Shown here one piece after another: positions 18,983-28,506 of a DNA stretch of 62,298 nt. The position numbers and the translations under genes are program-made. Below the pieces are notes generated by a model. The model worked only from the letters and a program-made list of their open reading frames with translations. It did no database searches and was not told the DNA's origin. This DNA is from Sphingopyxis sp. (GTDB taxonomy: Bacteria > Pseudomonadota > Alphaproteobacteria > Sphingomonadales > Sphingomonadaceae), in the NCBI GenBank assembly GCA_030655355.1, contig JAURVS010000314.1, forward strand, positions 1 to 62,298, written 5' to 3'. Position 1 is the first letter of the stretch, and each line of letters starts with the position of its first letter.

Positions 18983-20134
18983 TCATCTCGACTTCGGCAG
19001 GCCGAGCAACCGCTCGGCGATGATATCGCGCTGGATCTGCGCCGAGCCGCCGGCGATGGTCGACGCAAAGCCGCGCAGATAGTCGTGCACAGCATTGTCG
19101 TCGCCATAAGCGAAGTCGATCATTGCCTCGCCCATCAACAGCACCGCCATTCGCTCGAGCCGCTGGCCGAGCTCGGAGGTAAACAGGCGGATCACCGACG
19201 CCTCGGGACCTGGCTGCCCAGTGCGCACGACCTCCGAAATATTGCGATAGGTCATCGCGCGAAGCGCAGCGACTTCGGCGCGCATTTGCGCAAGCTGGCC
19301 CGCGATCCGGTCGTCCTTGATCATCCCGTTCGCACGCGCGGTTGCGACCAGCTCGGCAATCTCCTGGCCTGCCTTGACCTGCTCGGCGATGAAGCCGGTG
19401 CCGCGCTCGAAGCTCAACGTCGACATCGCGACTTTCCACCCGTTTCCGAGCCCGCCGACGACATCGGCCAACGGAATGCGGACGTCGTCGTAGAATACTT
19501 CGGCAAATTCAGTTTGCCCCGACATTTTGCGGATCGGACGGATCGTGATCCCCGGTGCGTGCATGTCGCAGATCGCCCAGCTCAATCCGGCGTGCCGCTG
19601 CGAACCGTCCTCCGTCCGCAGCACCAGTTCCTGCCAGTCGGCAACATGCGCGAAACTCGTCCATATCTTCGACCCGTTGACGACCAGCTCGTCGCCTTCG
19701 ATCCGCCCGCGCGTTTTGATCCCCGCAAGGTCGGAACCCGCACCCGGTTCCGAAAAGCCCTGGCACCAGATAGCCTCACCCTTCAGGATGCGCGGCAGGT
19801 GATAGGCTTTCTGCACGTCGCTGGCGTTCAGGATCAGCGTTGGCCCGCCATGGTTGATCCCGACGAAATTGGCGCCGATCCACGGGGCGTGCGCCCTGGC
19901 ATATTCTTCCAGCCAGATAACCTGCTGAACGATCGACAATCCGCGACCACCATAAGCCTCGGGCCAGTTGATCCCCGCCCAGCCCGCGTCGAACAGGCGG
20001 CGCTGCCATGCCTTGTCGAATCCGATCGCATCGGCCGCGTGGAGCGGGCGTTTTTCTGCGGGGACATTCGCGTCCAGCCAGTCGCGGCATTCCTCGCGGA
20101 AGCGCGTCTCTTCCGGGGAAAAGCCGATATCCAT
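18983..20134 (-). CDS. acyl-CoA dehydrogenase
   Basis: WCQGFSEPGAGSDLA, NGSKIWTS, GWKVAMSTLSFER, TIAGGSAQIQRDIIAERLLGLP. Confidence 0.93.
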   Translation of the reverse strand: MDIGFSPEETRFREECRDWLDANVPAEKRPLHAADAIGFDKAWQRRLFDAGWAGINWPEAYGGRGLSIVQQVIWLEEYARAHAPWIGANFVGINHGGPTLILNASDVQKAYHLPRILKGEAIWCQGFSEPGAGSDLAGIKTRGRIEGDELVVNGSKIWTSFAHVADWQELVLRTEDGSQRHAGLSWAICDMHAPGITIRPIRKMSGQTEFAEVFYDDVRIPLADVVGGLGNGWKVAMSTLSFERGTGFIAEQVKAGQEIAELVATARANGMIKDDRIAGQLAQMRAEVAALRAMTYRNISEVVRTGQPGPEASVIRLFTSELGQRLERMAVLLMGEAMIDFAYGDDNAVHDYLRGFASTIAGGSAQIQRDIIAERLLGLPKSR

Positions 20135-20889
20135 CAGTCGGCTTTTTTGGCGTCGCCGATCGGCGCGCCCTTCATGCGCATCGCCGGGTCGAACCCCGCA
20201 TTGCGCATCAGCTCGTGGCTCAGCCCCGTGCCGAGTGCCATGCCGTCGGTGTCGTAGATCAGCCTTTTATTCTCGGCATTGCTGTGACGGCTGTTGCCGA
20301 GGATCAGTGCCGAAATCTCGGCGACCTTGGCATCGAGATCATCGGACGGAACGCAATAATTGGCGAGCCCCATCGCCGCTGCCTGCTCGCCAGTATAGGG
20401 CTGACAGGTCAACATCATCTCGAGCGCCTTTGCTTGCCCGACGCGTCGCGGCAGTCGCTGCGAAAGGCCCCAGCCCGGAACAAGTCCCCATTTGCCGTGC
20501 GTGTCGGCAAAGCGCGCGCTCGGATCGCAAATGATGAAATCGGCCGATAGCGCGAATTCTAGGCCGCCGGTGTAGCAACTGCCTTGCACCTTCGCGATCA
20601 CGGGTTGCGGCAGTGTGGTCAGGCGTTCGAGGATCAGCATTTCCTGCCGCAACCAGCCGAGCGCATCGGCGTGCGGCGGCTGCTTCAGATCATGCCCGGC
20701 ACAGAAATGTCCGCCCGCACCCGTCACGACGATCAGGCCGACGTCGCTGCCGCCCGCTTCGATATCGCGGATATGTGCACGGAACTCGCGAAACAGCTCG
20801 CGGTTGATCGCGTTGCGTTTGTCGGGGCGGTTGAGCGTCAGTGTGGCGATGCCACCCGCATCCTCGCGCAGGACGAGTGCCCCGCTCAT
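20134..20889 (-). CDS. enoyl-CoA hydratase/isomerase
   Basis: TLNRPDKRNA, FCAGHDL, TGGLEFAL, FADTHGKWGLVPG. ATG 20889 (ATGA overlap). Confidence 0.92.
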   Translation of the reverse strand: MSGALVLREDAGGIATLTLNRPDKRNAINRELFREFRAHIRDIEAGGSDVGLIVVTGAGGHFCAGHDLKQPPHADALGWLRQEMLILERLTTLPQPVIAKVQGSCYTGGLEFALSADFIICDPSARFADTHGKWGLVPGWGLSQRLPRRVGQAKALEMMLTCQPYTGEQAAAMGLANYCVPSDDLDAKVAEISALILGNSRHSNAENKRLIYDTDGMALGTGLSHELMRNAGFDPAMRMKGAPIGDAKKAD

Positions 20890-21797
20890 GCCGTGTCGCC
20901 GCGTGTCTTGGCGATCGCGGCCGCCGCCGTACCGCTTTCGCGGGCACGCTGTCCGAACTGTTCGCGGATCGGCACGAACTCGGGCATCACGAGACTGCGC
21001 CGCAACCAGTTTGCCGCATCGACGACGAGCGTGTGCCCGCTGATGTACGTCGCATAGGGCGAACAGAGGAAAGTCGCCGCCCACCCAAGCTCACGCACTT
21101 CACCGACGCGCAGTCCCGGTATCGTATTGTCGCCGCGCTCGCCGACGCGGTGGCGCGTCATATGGTCGGGCATGTCGTCGTGCGGGAAGCGTCCGGGTGC
21201 AATGCAATTGACGCGAATACCGTCGGGCGCCCATTCGACCGCGAGGCTCTGCGTCAGATTGGTCACGCCAGCCTTCGCCGCTGCCGAATGCGAGGTGCCG
21301 GGCCCGCCCGTCCAGCTATAGGTGGCGCCGATATTGAGAATCGCACCCGGCAGGCCCGCCGCCAGTCGGCGGATTGCGAACTCGCGGCTGCAATTATAGG
21401 TGCCGTTCAGCACGATATCGACGACGGTACGAAAACCGTTCGGGGTCATTTCTTCGGCCGGTGCCGGGAAATTGCCCGCAGCATTGTTGATCAGCACATC
21501 GACCGGGCCAAGTGTCGCTTCGATCTCGTCAAACGCCTTCGCGATCGCATCGGGATCGCGCACGTCGCACGCAACTGCGATCGCCTCGGCGCCGACCTCG
21601 CGGATCGCGGCAAGCCCGGCTTCCAGATGCTCGGGTTTGCGGCTGAGCACGGCAATCTTCGCGCCCAGCCGCGCGAACTCCACCGCCATGCCCTTTCCAA
21701 GCCCCGTGCCCCCGCCGGTCACCGCGACGACCTGTCCGGCATAGCTTCCATCGGGCAGCGCCTTGGCGCCGAGCGGAGGCGGGGCGGGAAGGGCCAT
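20886..21797 (-). CDS. SDR, 2,4-dienoyl-CoA reductase-like
   Basis: VTGGGTGLG, NNAAGNF, HSAAAKAG, WAPDGIRVNCIAPG. Confidence 0.9.
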   Translation of the reverse strand: MALPAPPPLGAKALPDGSYAGQVVAVTGGGTGLGKGMAVEFARLGAKIAVLSRKPEHLEAGLAAIREVGAEAIAVACDVRDPDAIAKAFDEIEATLGPVDVLINNAAGNFPAPAEEMTPNGFRTVVDIVLNGTYNCSREFAIRRLAAGLPGAILNIGATYSWTGGPGTSHSAAAKAGVTNLTQSLAVEWAPDGIRVNCIAPGRFPHDDMPDHMTRHRVGERGDNTIPGLRVGEVRELGWAATFLCSPYATYISGHTLVVDAANWLRRSLVMPEFVPIREQFGQRARESGTAAAAIAKTRGDTA

Positions 21798-22577
21798 TTA
21801 TTTGCCTTTGTAATTGGGCGCGCGCTTTTCGCGGATCGCGGCGCGGGCTTCGTGATAATCTTCGGTCTTGAACAAATAGCTTTGCGCATAAAGCTCGGCG
21901 CGGGTGCCCGTGCGGATCGTTGCGCCATGCATCAGATTGATCATTTCCTTCGCCATCGCGAGGTTGATCGGGGGCTTCGGCGCGATGTCGCGCGCAAGTT
22001 CCAATGCCCTCGTATCGAGATCAGCGGGTTCGACAACAAAATCGACCGCACCCCATTCGAGCGCGGTGGCGGCATCGATGCGCTGTCCCGTCATCACCAT
22101 ATATTTTGTGCGCGAGGGGCCGATCAGTGCGGTCATCATCTGCGTCCCGCCTGTATCGGGCAGCACCCCATAGAGGATCTCGGGCAGCGCCATTTTCAGC
22201 GTCGTATCGCTGATCCGAATATCGGCGGCGAGTGCGAGCTCGCACCCGCCGCCGATAGCGCCCCCCTTGAGCGCAGCAATAATCGGCTTTGTCGATTCCT
22301 GCATCCGCAGGCGGCCTTCCTGGTGCCGCCGCACGAAATGGAAATCGCTTTCGTCCCGCGCGCGCTGGCCGAGAACATTGGTGTCGCGCCCCGAGCAGAA
22401 GCTTTTGCCGGTCGCACGAATCAGGATCGCGCTGCTGTCGACTTCGTCCAGCGCGTCTCCGAGCAAAGTCTGAAACAGCGCCGCCATGTCGTCGTCCATC
22501 GCATTGTGCCGCTCGGGGCGGTTCAGTGTGATGATGCGCAACGAACCCTCGCGCTCGCTCAATATTTGATCGGCCAT
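21798..22577 (-). CDS. enoyl-CoA hydratase/isomerase
   Basis: TLNRPERHNAM, FCSGRD, GGGCELAL, LPE (both catalytic Glu present). Confidence 0.92.
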   Translation of the reverse strand: MADQILSEREGSLRIITLNRPERHNAMDDDMAALFQTLLGDALDEVDSSAILIRATGKSFCSGRDTNVLGQRARDESDFHFVRRHQEGRLRMQESTKPIIAALKGGAIGGGCELALAADIRISDTTLKMALPEILYGVLPDTGGTQMMTALIGPSRTKYMVMTGQRIDAATALEWGAVDFVVEPADLDTRALELARDIAPKPPINLAMAKEMINLMHGATIRTGTRAELYAQSYLFKTEDYHEARAAIREKRAPNYKGK

Positions 22578-22615
22578 TGCCGTGCTTCTCCCAAAGCATT
22601 TCGACATAGGTCTTG

Positions 22616-22635
22616 CACGAGTTATATAACTAGGT
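22616..22635. promoter_or_regulatory. island operator copy 3 (CACGAG-TTATATAA-CTAGGT)
   Basis: 17/20 to consensus, divergent intergenic region. Flanked by the inverted pair CGACATA (22602) / TATGTCG (22640). Confidence 0.8.
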
Positions 22636-22672
22636 CAATTATGTCGTGACGCAGAATATGGGGAGAACATGG

Positions 22673-23431
22673 ATGTTCGAAGGTAAGACCGCACTGGTCA
22701 CCGGCGGATCGCGCGGCATCGGCGCCGCGATCGTAAAGCGACTCGGCGCCGCGGGCGCGCATGTCGGAATTAACTATGCCGGAAGCAAGGATGCCGCCGA
22801 TGCGCTCGCTGCCGGAATCGTTGCGGCGGGCGGAAAAGCGTTTGCGGTGCAGGCCGACGTCTCGACGCTTTCGGGAATCGAAAAGATGTTCGCTGCTTGC
22901 GATGCGCACTTTGGCGGCGCGCCCAATCTGGATTTCCTCATCAACAATGCCGGCGTCGGCCGCGGCGGTCGCGATGGGACGCTGAAGGGAGCGGGCGAAG
23001 ACCTCTACGACGAGCTGTTCGCGGTTAATGTGAAGGGCCCGCATTTCGTCACGCAAGCTGCCCTGCCGCGGCTGCGCGACGGCGGGCGGATCGTCAACGT
23101 CGGTTCGATGTCGGGCAAGGTCGGCCAGCCTTTTGCCGCGGCTTATGCCATGACCAAACGCGCGGTTCAGAGCCTGACCTTCTCTACCGCGCTCGCGGTG
23201 GCGAAGCGGCAAATCACCTGCAACTGCATCGCGCCCGGCGCGGTCGCGACCGATTTCATTACGGCGCTGCGCGAAACGCCCGGTTGGGATGAGGCGACTG
23301 CGAAGCACACGCCGATGGGCCGCCTCGGCGAGCCGGACGATATTGCCGGCGCGGTGATGATGCTGCTCGGCGACGATGCGCGCTGGATCACCGGCCAGAT
23401 CATCGAGGCCAGCGGGGGATTGGCGCTTTAA
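22673..23431 (+). CDS. SDR oxidoreductase
   Basis: TGGSRGIG, NNAG, YAMTK. ATG 22673 follows GGGAGA. Confidence 0.93.
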   Translation: MFEGKTALVTGGSRGIGAAIVKRLGAAGAHVGINYAGSKDAADALAAGIVAAGGKAFAVQADVSTLSGIEKMFAACDAHFGGAPNLDFLINNAGVGRGGRDGTLKGAGEDLYDELFAVNVKGPHFVTQAALPRLRDGGRIVNVGSMSGKVGQPFAAAYAMTKRAVQSLTFSTALAVAKRQITCNCIAPGAVATDFITALRETPGWDEATAKHTPMGRLGEPDDIAGAVMMLLGDDARWITGQIIEASGGLAL

Positions 23432-24930
23432 TGGCCCTGATGACGGAAAAGCTGCGCGCGATCATGGCGCTCGATCCAGATCGGACCGAGATCGATTTCG
23501 AGGGCATCGACTATAGCTGGCGCCGCATCGCGGCCACCGTTCGCGCGATTGAGGATGCACTCGCGGCGATGGGGCTGCCCGAGGATGCGCGCGTCGGCGT
23601 GATGCTGCGCAACCGTCCTGGCCATGTCGCGGCGATCATCGCGGTGCTGTCGACCGACCGCTGCCTCGTTACGCTCAATCCGGTCCTTCCCGAAGCCCGA
23701 TTGATCGCCGACGCCGAGGGGCTCGGGCTTCCGGTCGTGATTGCCGACGCGACCGATCTTGCGCGGCCGGGCGTCATCGAGGCGCTCGACCGCGCGGGCT
23801 CCGCTGTCGTCGAGATCGGGCCGCGCCTCGAAGGCATGCGCGTCATCCAGGGCTCAGTGCACGCGGCCGTGCAAACCTCTCCCGGCGTAGCAATCGAGAT
23901 GCTCACCAGCGGCACCACGGGCGCCCCGAAACGCGTCCCGCTCAGCCGCGATTCCTTCGACGCAAGCTTCCGCGGCTTCACCCGGTACGAGCGCGGGCGC
24001 AGCTTCGACGATCCGCCGAAGCTCAACTCGGGCTGCACGATGATCGTCAACCCGCTCACCCACATCGGCGGAATCTATGGCTGCATCGGTGCGCTTGCCG
24101 CCGGGCGGAAGATCGCGCTCCTAGAGAAATTCTCGGTCGAAGACTGGGTCTCGGCGGTAAAGCGCAACCGCCCCGCCGTCGCTCCCGCCGTCCCCTCGGC
24201 CGTGCGCATGCTGCTCGATGCCGACGTCGACCCCGCCGACCTGTCGAGCCTGAGGTCGATCATTTCAGGAACCGCGCCGCTTTCGCCCGATCTGGTCGAT
24301 GCCTTTCTGGCCAAATATGATGTCCCGATCTGCGGCAATTATGGCGCCACCGAGTTTGCCGGCGCGATCGCGGGCTGGACGATCGACGATTTTCGCGCGC
24401 GCTGGGCCGAAAAGCGCGGCGCGGTCGGCCGCGTCCATGCCGATATCGAGGCGCGCGTCGTCGATCCCGAAACCGGCGCCCCGCTGCCTTCCGGCGACGA
24501 AGGCCTGCTCGAACTCAAGGGCAAGCAGCTCGGCAACGATCTGCAATGGCTGCGGACCACCGACCGCGCTGTGCTCGACGCCGATCGGTTCCTGTTCATC
24601 CGCGGCCGCGCCGATAACGCGATCATCCGCGGCGGTTTCAAGATTCATCCCGACGACGTCGTACTGGCGCTCAACGACCACCCTGCCGTGCGCGAGTCCG
24701 CCGTCGTCGGCATTGCCGATGAGCGGCTCGGATCGGTCCCCGCGGCCGCGATCATCCTGAAGGACGGCGCCGCCGAACCGGCAGAGAGCGACCTCAAGGC
24801 ATGGCTCAAGGAGCGACTGATCGCCTATCAGGTACCGGTCCATATCCGCATCGTGCCCGATTTCCCGCGCACGCCGTCGATGAAGCCATCGGCGCCGGGC
24901 CTGCGCGCGCTTTTCGAAGGGGCGGAATGA
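23431..24930 (+). CDS. AMP-dependent acyl-CoA ligase
   Basis: LTSGTTGAPK, YGATE, RTTD, RGGFKI, PRTPSMK. Confidence 0.92.
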   Translation: MALMTEKLRAIMALDPDRTEIDFEGIDYSWRRIAATVRAIEDALAAMGLPEDARVGVMLRNRPGHVAAIIAVLSTDRCLVTLNPVLPEARLIADAEGLGLPVVIADATDLARPGVIEALDRAGSAVVEIGPRLEGMRVIQGSVHAAVQTSPGVAIEMLTSGTTGAPKRVPLSRDSFDASFRGFTRYERGRSFDDPPKLNSGCTMIVNPLTHIGGIYGCIGALAAGRKIALLEKFSVEDWVSAVKRNRPAVAPAVPSAVRMLLDADVDPADLSSLRSIISGTAPLSPDLVDAFLAKYDVPICGNYGATEFAGAIAGWTIDDFRARWAEKRGAVGRVHADIEARVVDPETGAPLPSGDEGLLELKGKQLGNDLQWLRTTDRAVLDADRFLFIRGRADNAIIRGGFKIHPDDVVLALNDHPAVRESAVVGIADERLGSVPAAAIILKDGAAEPAESDLKAWLKERLIAYQVPVHIRIVPDFPRTPSMKPSAPGLRALFEGAE

Positions 24931-25748
24931 TGGAAGATTTCTCCGGCAAGGTCGTGATCGTCACCGGCGGCGGGCGCGGCGTCGGGCGCGGCGTTGCCAA
25001 AGCGTTCGCGGCGGCGGGCGCCGAAGTGATGCTGGGCGCGCGCACCATCGCTTATGCTCAGGATGTGAAAGCCGAGATCGAGAAAGCCGGCGGTGTCGCC
25101 GAATGCTTCGCCGCCGATATCGCCAGGCACGCCGATTGCCGCGCGCTTGTCGAGGCGACGGTCCAGGCCTTCGGCACGGTCGATATCATCGTCCATGCCG
25201 CTGCCGATATTCCGCACGGCGGAGTCGGGCATGTCGACGACGAACGTCTGGAGGCGGGGTTCGCGAGCATCGCGAAGGCCGCGTGGTGGCTGCTCGATGT
25301 CGCGCGTCCGCATCTCGGCAAGGCGCGCGACGGTGGCCGCTTCATCGCAATCGGCTCGATCAACGGGACTTTCAATGTCGTGCCCAACATGACCGCCTAT
25401 GGCATGGCGAAAGCGGCGCTCGACGCTTTCATTCGCGCCGCGGCGGGTGACGTCGTGGCGGAACGCATCACCGTCAATGCCATCAACCCCGGCCTGATCG
25501 CGAGCGACCGCGCGAAGGCGGTGCTCGGCGACGAAGGGCTGGCCGCATATGGCGCGACCGTTCCTGTCGGCCGTGCGGGCACTCCCGCCGATATCGCGCA
25601 CGCCTGCCTGTTTCTCGCCTCGGCAAAGTCCGATTATATCACCGGCACGACGATCAAGATGGACGGCGGGTCGACCGTCGCCGCCTCCCCGGGACGCAAC
25701 GACATATTGCAGGAGCGGCTGAAGCTTCAGCAGGGAAAGGCGCCCTGA
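24927..25748 (+). CDS. SDR oxidoreductase
   Basis: TGGGRGVG, YGMAK, VNAINPG, MDGG. Confidence 0.92.
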   Translation: MMEDFSGKVVIVTGGGRGVGRGVAKAFAAAGAEVMLGARTIAYAQDVKAEIEKAGGVAECFAADIARHADCRALVEATVQAFGTVDIIVHAAADIPHGGVGHVDDERLEAGFASIAKAAWWLLDVARPHLGKARDGGRFIAIGSINGTFNVVPNMTAYGMAKAALDAFIRAAAGDVVAERITVNAINPGLIASDRAKAVLGDEGLAAYGATVPVGRAGTPADIAHACLFLASAKSDYITGTTIKMDGGSTVAASPGRNDILQERLKLQQGKAP

Positions 25749-26539
25749 TGGACCTCGGCATTGCCGGAAAGGTCGCGCTCGTTTTCGGCGGGTCGAAGGG
25801 TATCGGACTCGGTTGCGCGCATGAATTTGCGCGCGAGGGGTGCAAGACCGTCGTCGCCGCGCGGACGCAGGCGACGGTCGATGATGCTGTTGCCGAGGTT
25901 CGGATGGCGGGCGGGCAGGTCGCCGGCATTTCGGCGGATTGCACGACCAAGGACGGGATCGCGCTGGCCGTGAAAGCAGCCGCCGATGCGTTCGGCTCCC
26001 CGGACATATTAATCTTCAACGTCGACTCCGGTCCCAAAGGCGCCTTCTTCGATGTCGATGACGAGACCTTCGTCGCCGCAAATAACAATAATGTCATGGC
26101 GTTTCGCTGGGCAGTGCAGGCGGTGTTTGCCGATATGCGCAAAAAGGGCTGGGGCCGGATCCTGACGATCGGTACGAACTCGGTGAAAGCGCCGCATCGC
26201 AAGCTTCCCCGTGCGGCGCAGAATACCTATCGCGTCGGCGCGCTGGCGCTCTCGAAAACCCTGTCGGCCGAGCTTGGCCCTTTCGGCATCACGGTCAACA
26301 CGCTCGGCACCGGCGCGATTGCGACGCCGCAGTTTCGCGACGTGTTCACGAAGATCGCCGAGGCGCAGGGCCAGACCTACGAAGAGCATATTGCCGAGCG
26401 CGTCAGCGCATGGCCCGTCCAGCGGATGGGAACGCCCGAAGATATGGCGGCGGCGGCCTTCCTCTGTTCCGACCGTGCCGGCTTCATCACCGGTCAGGTG
26501 CTGATCGTCGATGGCGGCAATCTTGAAGTTCTGCAATAA
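25748..26539 (+). CDS. SDR oxidoreductase with atypical active site
   Basis: GGSKGIG, GITVN, GFITGQ...VDGG. QNTYR occupies the YxxxK position. Confidence 0.88.
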   Translation: MDLGIAGKVALVFGGSKGIGLGCAHEFAREGCKTVVAARTQATVDDAVAEVRMAGGQVAGISADCTTKDGIALAVKAAADAFGSPDILIFNVDSGPKGAFFDVDDETFVAANNNNVMAFRWAVQAVFADMRKKGWGRILTIGTNSVKAPHRKLPRAAQNTYRVGALALSKTLSAELGPFGITVNTLGTGAIATPQFRDVFTKIAEAQGQTYEEHIAERVSAWPVQRMGTPEDMAAAAFLCSDRAGFITGQVLIVDGGNLEVLQ

Positions 26540-26562
26540 TCTGAAAGCAAGGAAACAAGGGC

Positions 26563-27357
26563 ATGAAACTCGAAAAGAATTTGGCGGCGGTGGTCACCGG
26601 CGGAGCTTCGGGGCTAGGCCGCGCCAGCGCTGAAGCGCTTGCGGGTGCGGGCCTGAAGGTCGCGATCTTTGACGTTAACGAGGAAGGCGGCAAGGCAGTC
26701 GCCGACGCGATCGGCGGTATCTTCTGCAAGGTCGACATCACGAGCGAGGACAGCGTCGTTGCGGGCTATGAGGCCGCGCGCACCGCGCATGGGCAGGAAC
26801 GTGTCCTAGTCCACTGCGCGCAAATCTCGAAGGGCGGCAAGACCGTTCGCTATGACAAGACGACCGGCGGTTACGTTCGCTACTCGACCGACGACTATGC
26901 TTTCTCGGCGCAGGGCATATTGATCGCCAGCTATCGGCTCGCATCATTGTCGGCACTGGGCATGGCGAATGCCGAACCGCTCAATGAAGATGGCGAGCGC
27001 GGCGCGATCATCCTTACGGCCTCGGCAGCGGCACAGGATGCGCAGATCGGGCAGGTCGGCTATGGTTCGCTGAAAGCCGGGGTGAATGGGCTCGTGCTGC
27101 CCTTGGCACGCGACCTGATGGACCTCGGCATACGCGTCAATTCGATCATGCCCGGTATCTTTGCGACGCCGCCAATGCTCGCGGTGAAAGATCGCGCCCC
27201 GGCTATTTTCGAGGGTCTGGCGGCGTCGGTGCCATTCCCCAAGCGTCTCGGCCATCCCGAAGAATTTGGCTCGCTCGTTCTCGAACTTGCGCGCAATACC
27301 TATTTCAATGGTCAGAATCTGCGGCTCGACGGCGCGATCCGCATGCCGCCGAAATAG
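26563..27357 (+). CDS. SDR, type II 3-hydroxyacyl-CoA dehydrogenase (HSD17B10-like)
   Basis: TGGASGLG, DGERGAII, GQVGYGSLK, PFPKRLGHPEEF, RLDGAIRM. Confidence 0.9.
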   Translation: MKLEKNLAAVVTGGASGLGRASAEALAGAGLKVAIFDVNEEGGKAVADAIGGIFCKVDITSEDSVVAGYEAARTAHGQERVLVHCAQISKGGKTVRYDKTTGGYVRYSTDDYAFSAQGILIASYRLASLSALGMANAEPLNEDGERGAIILTASAAAQDAQIGQVGYGSLKAGVNGLVLPLARDLMDLGIRVNSIMPGIFATPPMLAVKDRAPAIFEGLAASVPFPKRLGHPEEFGSLVLELARNTYFNGQNLRLDGAIRMPPK

Positions 27358-27367
27358 GACAGAGATA

Positions 27368-28387
27368 TTGAACGCACCTCAACAATTTCCGTTCGCGCGG
27401 CAGTCGGCCGGCCCTGCGCCGGCGCGTCGTCCGGGATCGATCCGCCGGACGAGTTCGATTGATTCCGATTGGCCCGACGGGTTCGGCGAAGCTTGGATCA
27501 TGGCCGGTCGCGCGCGCGATCTGCTCACCCCAGTAACGGGCGACCCCGTGGAACTCGCGAGTGGGGACTTCCGGATCCGGACGTCTCCGATCCGCGAAAT
27601 TCTCGAAATTTCGGCGACGCCCGATCATCCTCGACTTCAGGAGATGGTCGGCGTGCGCGCGGGCGGCGCGAGCCGCCACGCGCTCGCGGCAACGCTGGGC
27701 GACATTCGCGGCACACCGACTTTCCAACTCCTCGACGATTTCGCTGGCGCCAGTCTTGTCGCAGGATGGATCTGGTCGCAGTGGACCGACGACTGGCAGG
27801 CGACAATGCGCAGCAAGGGCACGCAGTCGACCGCGGGCAACAAGGGCCGGATGCTCAATATCTGTACCGGCTTTACCGAAGGCGCGAGTTCGCTGTCGAA
27901 TGACGGCGGCGTCGACCACAGCGACCAGTCGTCGACCAAGGTTGGTCCGCTCGCCAATCCGGATGATCCCATCGGGTGGCACGGCATGGCCGAGCAGACC
28001 GGGCGTCCGCAGGCACGGCGCGCACGGCGAATCGACGTGTGGCGCGCCGAAGGCGTGATCAAGGTCGATGCCGCTTTTCAAGATAGCGGTCCCAACCCGG
28101 AAGGCACGCGCACTGCGATCCACGAGTATCGCGTCTATGCCGAAATCGACGAAGCCGACAAAACCCTGCTTTCGCTTCAGGCTTTGCCGCTGATCCTTCC
28201 ATTTCGCGAATGCCCCGGTGCCTCGATGAAGGCGGCGCGAATGGTTGGCCAGAATGTCGGCGAATTCCGGCAGGCAGTGCTCGACACTCTAGCCGGCACG
28301 CTCGGCTGCACGCACCTCAACGACGTCCTTCGTGCGCTCGCCGATGTCCCCACTCTCGCAAGATTGTTGCCCAAAGGGCACGGTTGA
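27368..28387 (+). CDS. DUF2889-like conserved protein
   Basis: RRTSSID, RRIDVW, HEY, LPFRECP, GTLGCTHLND. Probable TTG start at 27368. Confidence 0.75.
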   Translation: MNAPQQFPFARQSAGPAPARRPGSIRRTSSIDSDWPDGFGEAWIMAGRARDLLTPVTGDPVELASGDFRIRTSPIREILEISATPDHPRLQEMVGVRAGGASRHALAATLGDIRGTPTFQLLDDFAGASLVAGWIWSQWTDDWQATMRSKGTQSTAGNKGRMLNICTGFTEGASSLSNDGGVDHSDQSSTKVGPLANPDDPIGWHGMAEQTGRPQARRARRIDVWRAEGVIKVDAAFQDSGPNPEGTRTAIHEYRVYAEIDEADKTLLSLQALPLILPFRECPGASMKAARMVGQNVGEFRQAVLDTLAGTLGCTHLNDVLRALADVPTLARLLPKGHG

Positions 28388-28399
28388 CGAGTAATTTTG

Positions 28400-28424
28400 A
28401 ACGCTTTCCCCAACGGAAAGCGTT
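28400..28424. promoter_or_regulatory. perfect 10-bp inverted repeat AACGCTTTCC-N5-GGAAAGCGTT (terminator-like or operator)
   Basis: Starts 12 bp after the stop of the upstream operon and lies before the TonB receptor promoter. No long U tract. Confidence 0.5.
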
Positions 28425-28446
28425 ATCCACTTGTCTGTCTTATTAG

Positions 28447-28466
28447 ACTTAGTTATACAACTCGGG
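28447..28466. promoter_or_regulatory. island operator copy 4 (ACTTAG-TTATACAA-CTCGGG)
   Basis: 16/20 to consensus, upstream of the TonB receptor. Confidence 0.75.
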
Positions 28467-28506
28467 CAGCGAGGACAGATGAAGCCTCGCGGGGAGGATG
28501 TTGACC

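Noticed and set aside
28423-28431. DnaA-box-like TTATCCACT
   Set aside because: Single 8/9 match with no box cluster, unwinding element or rep gene.
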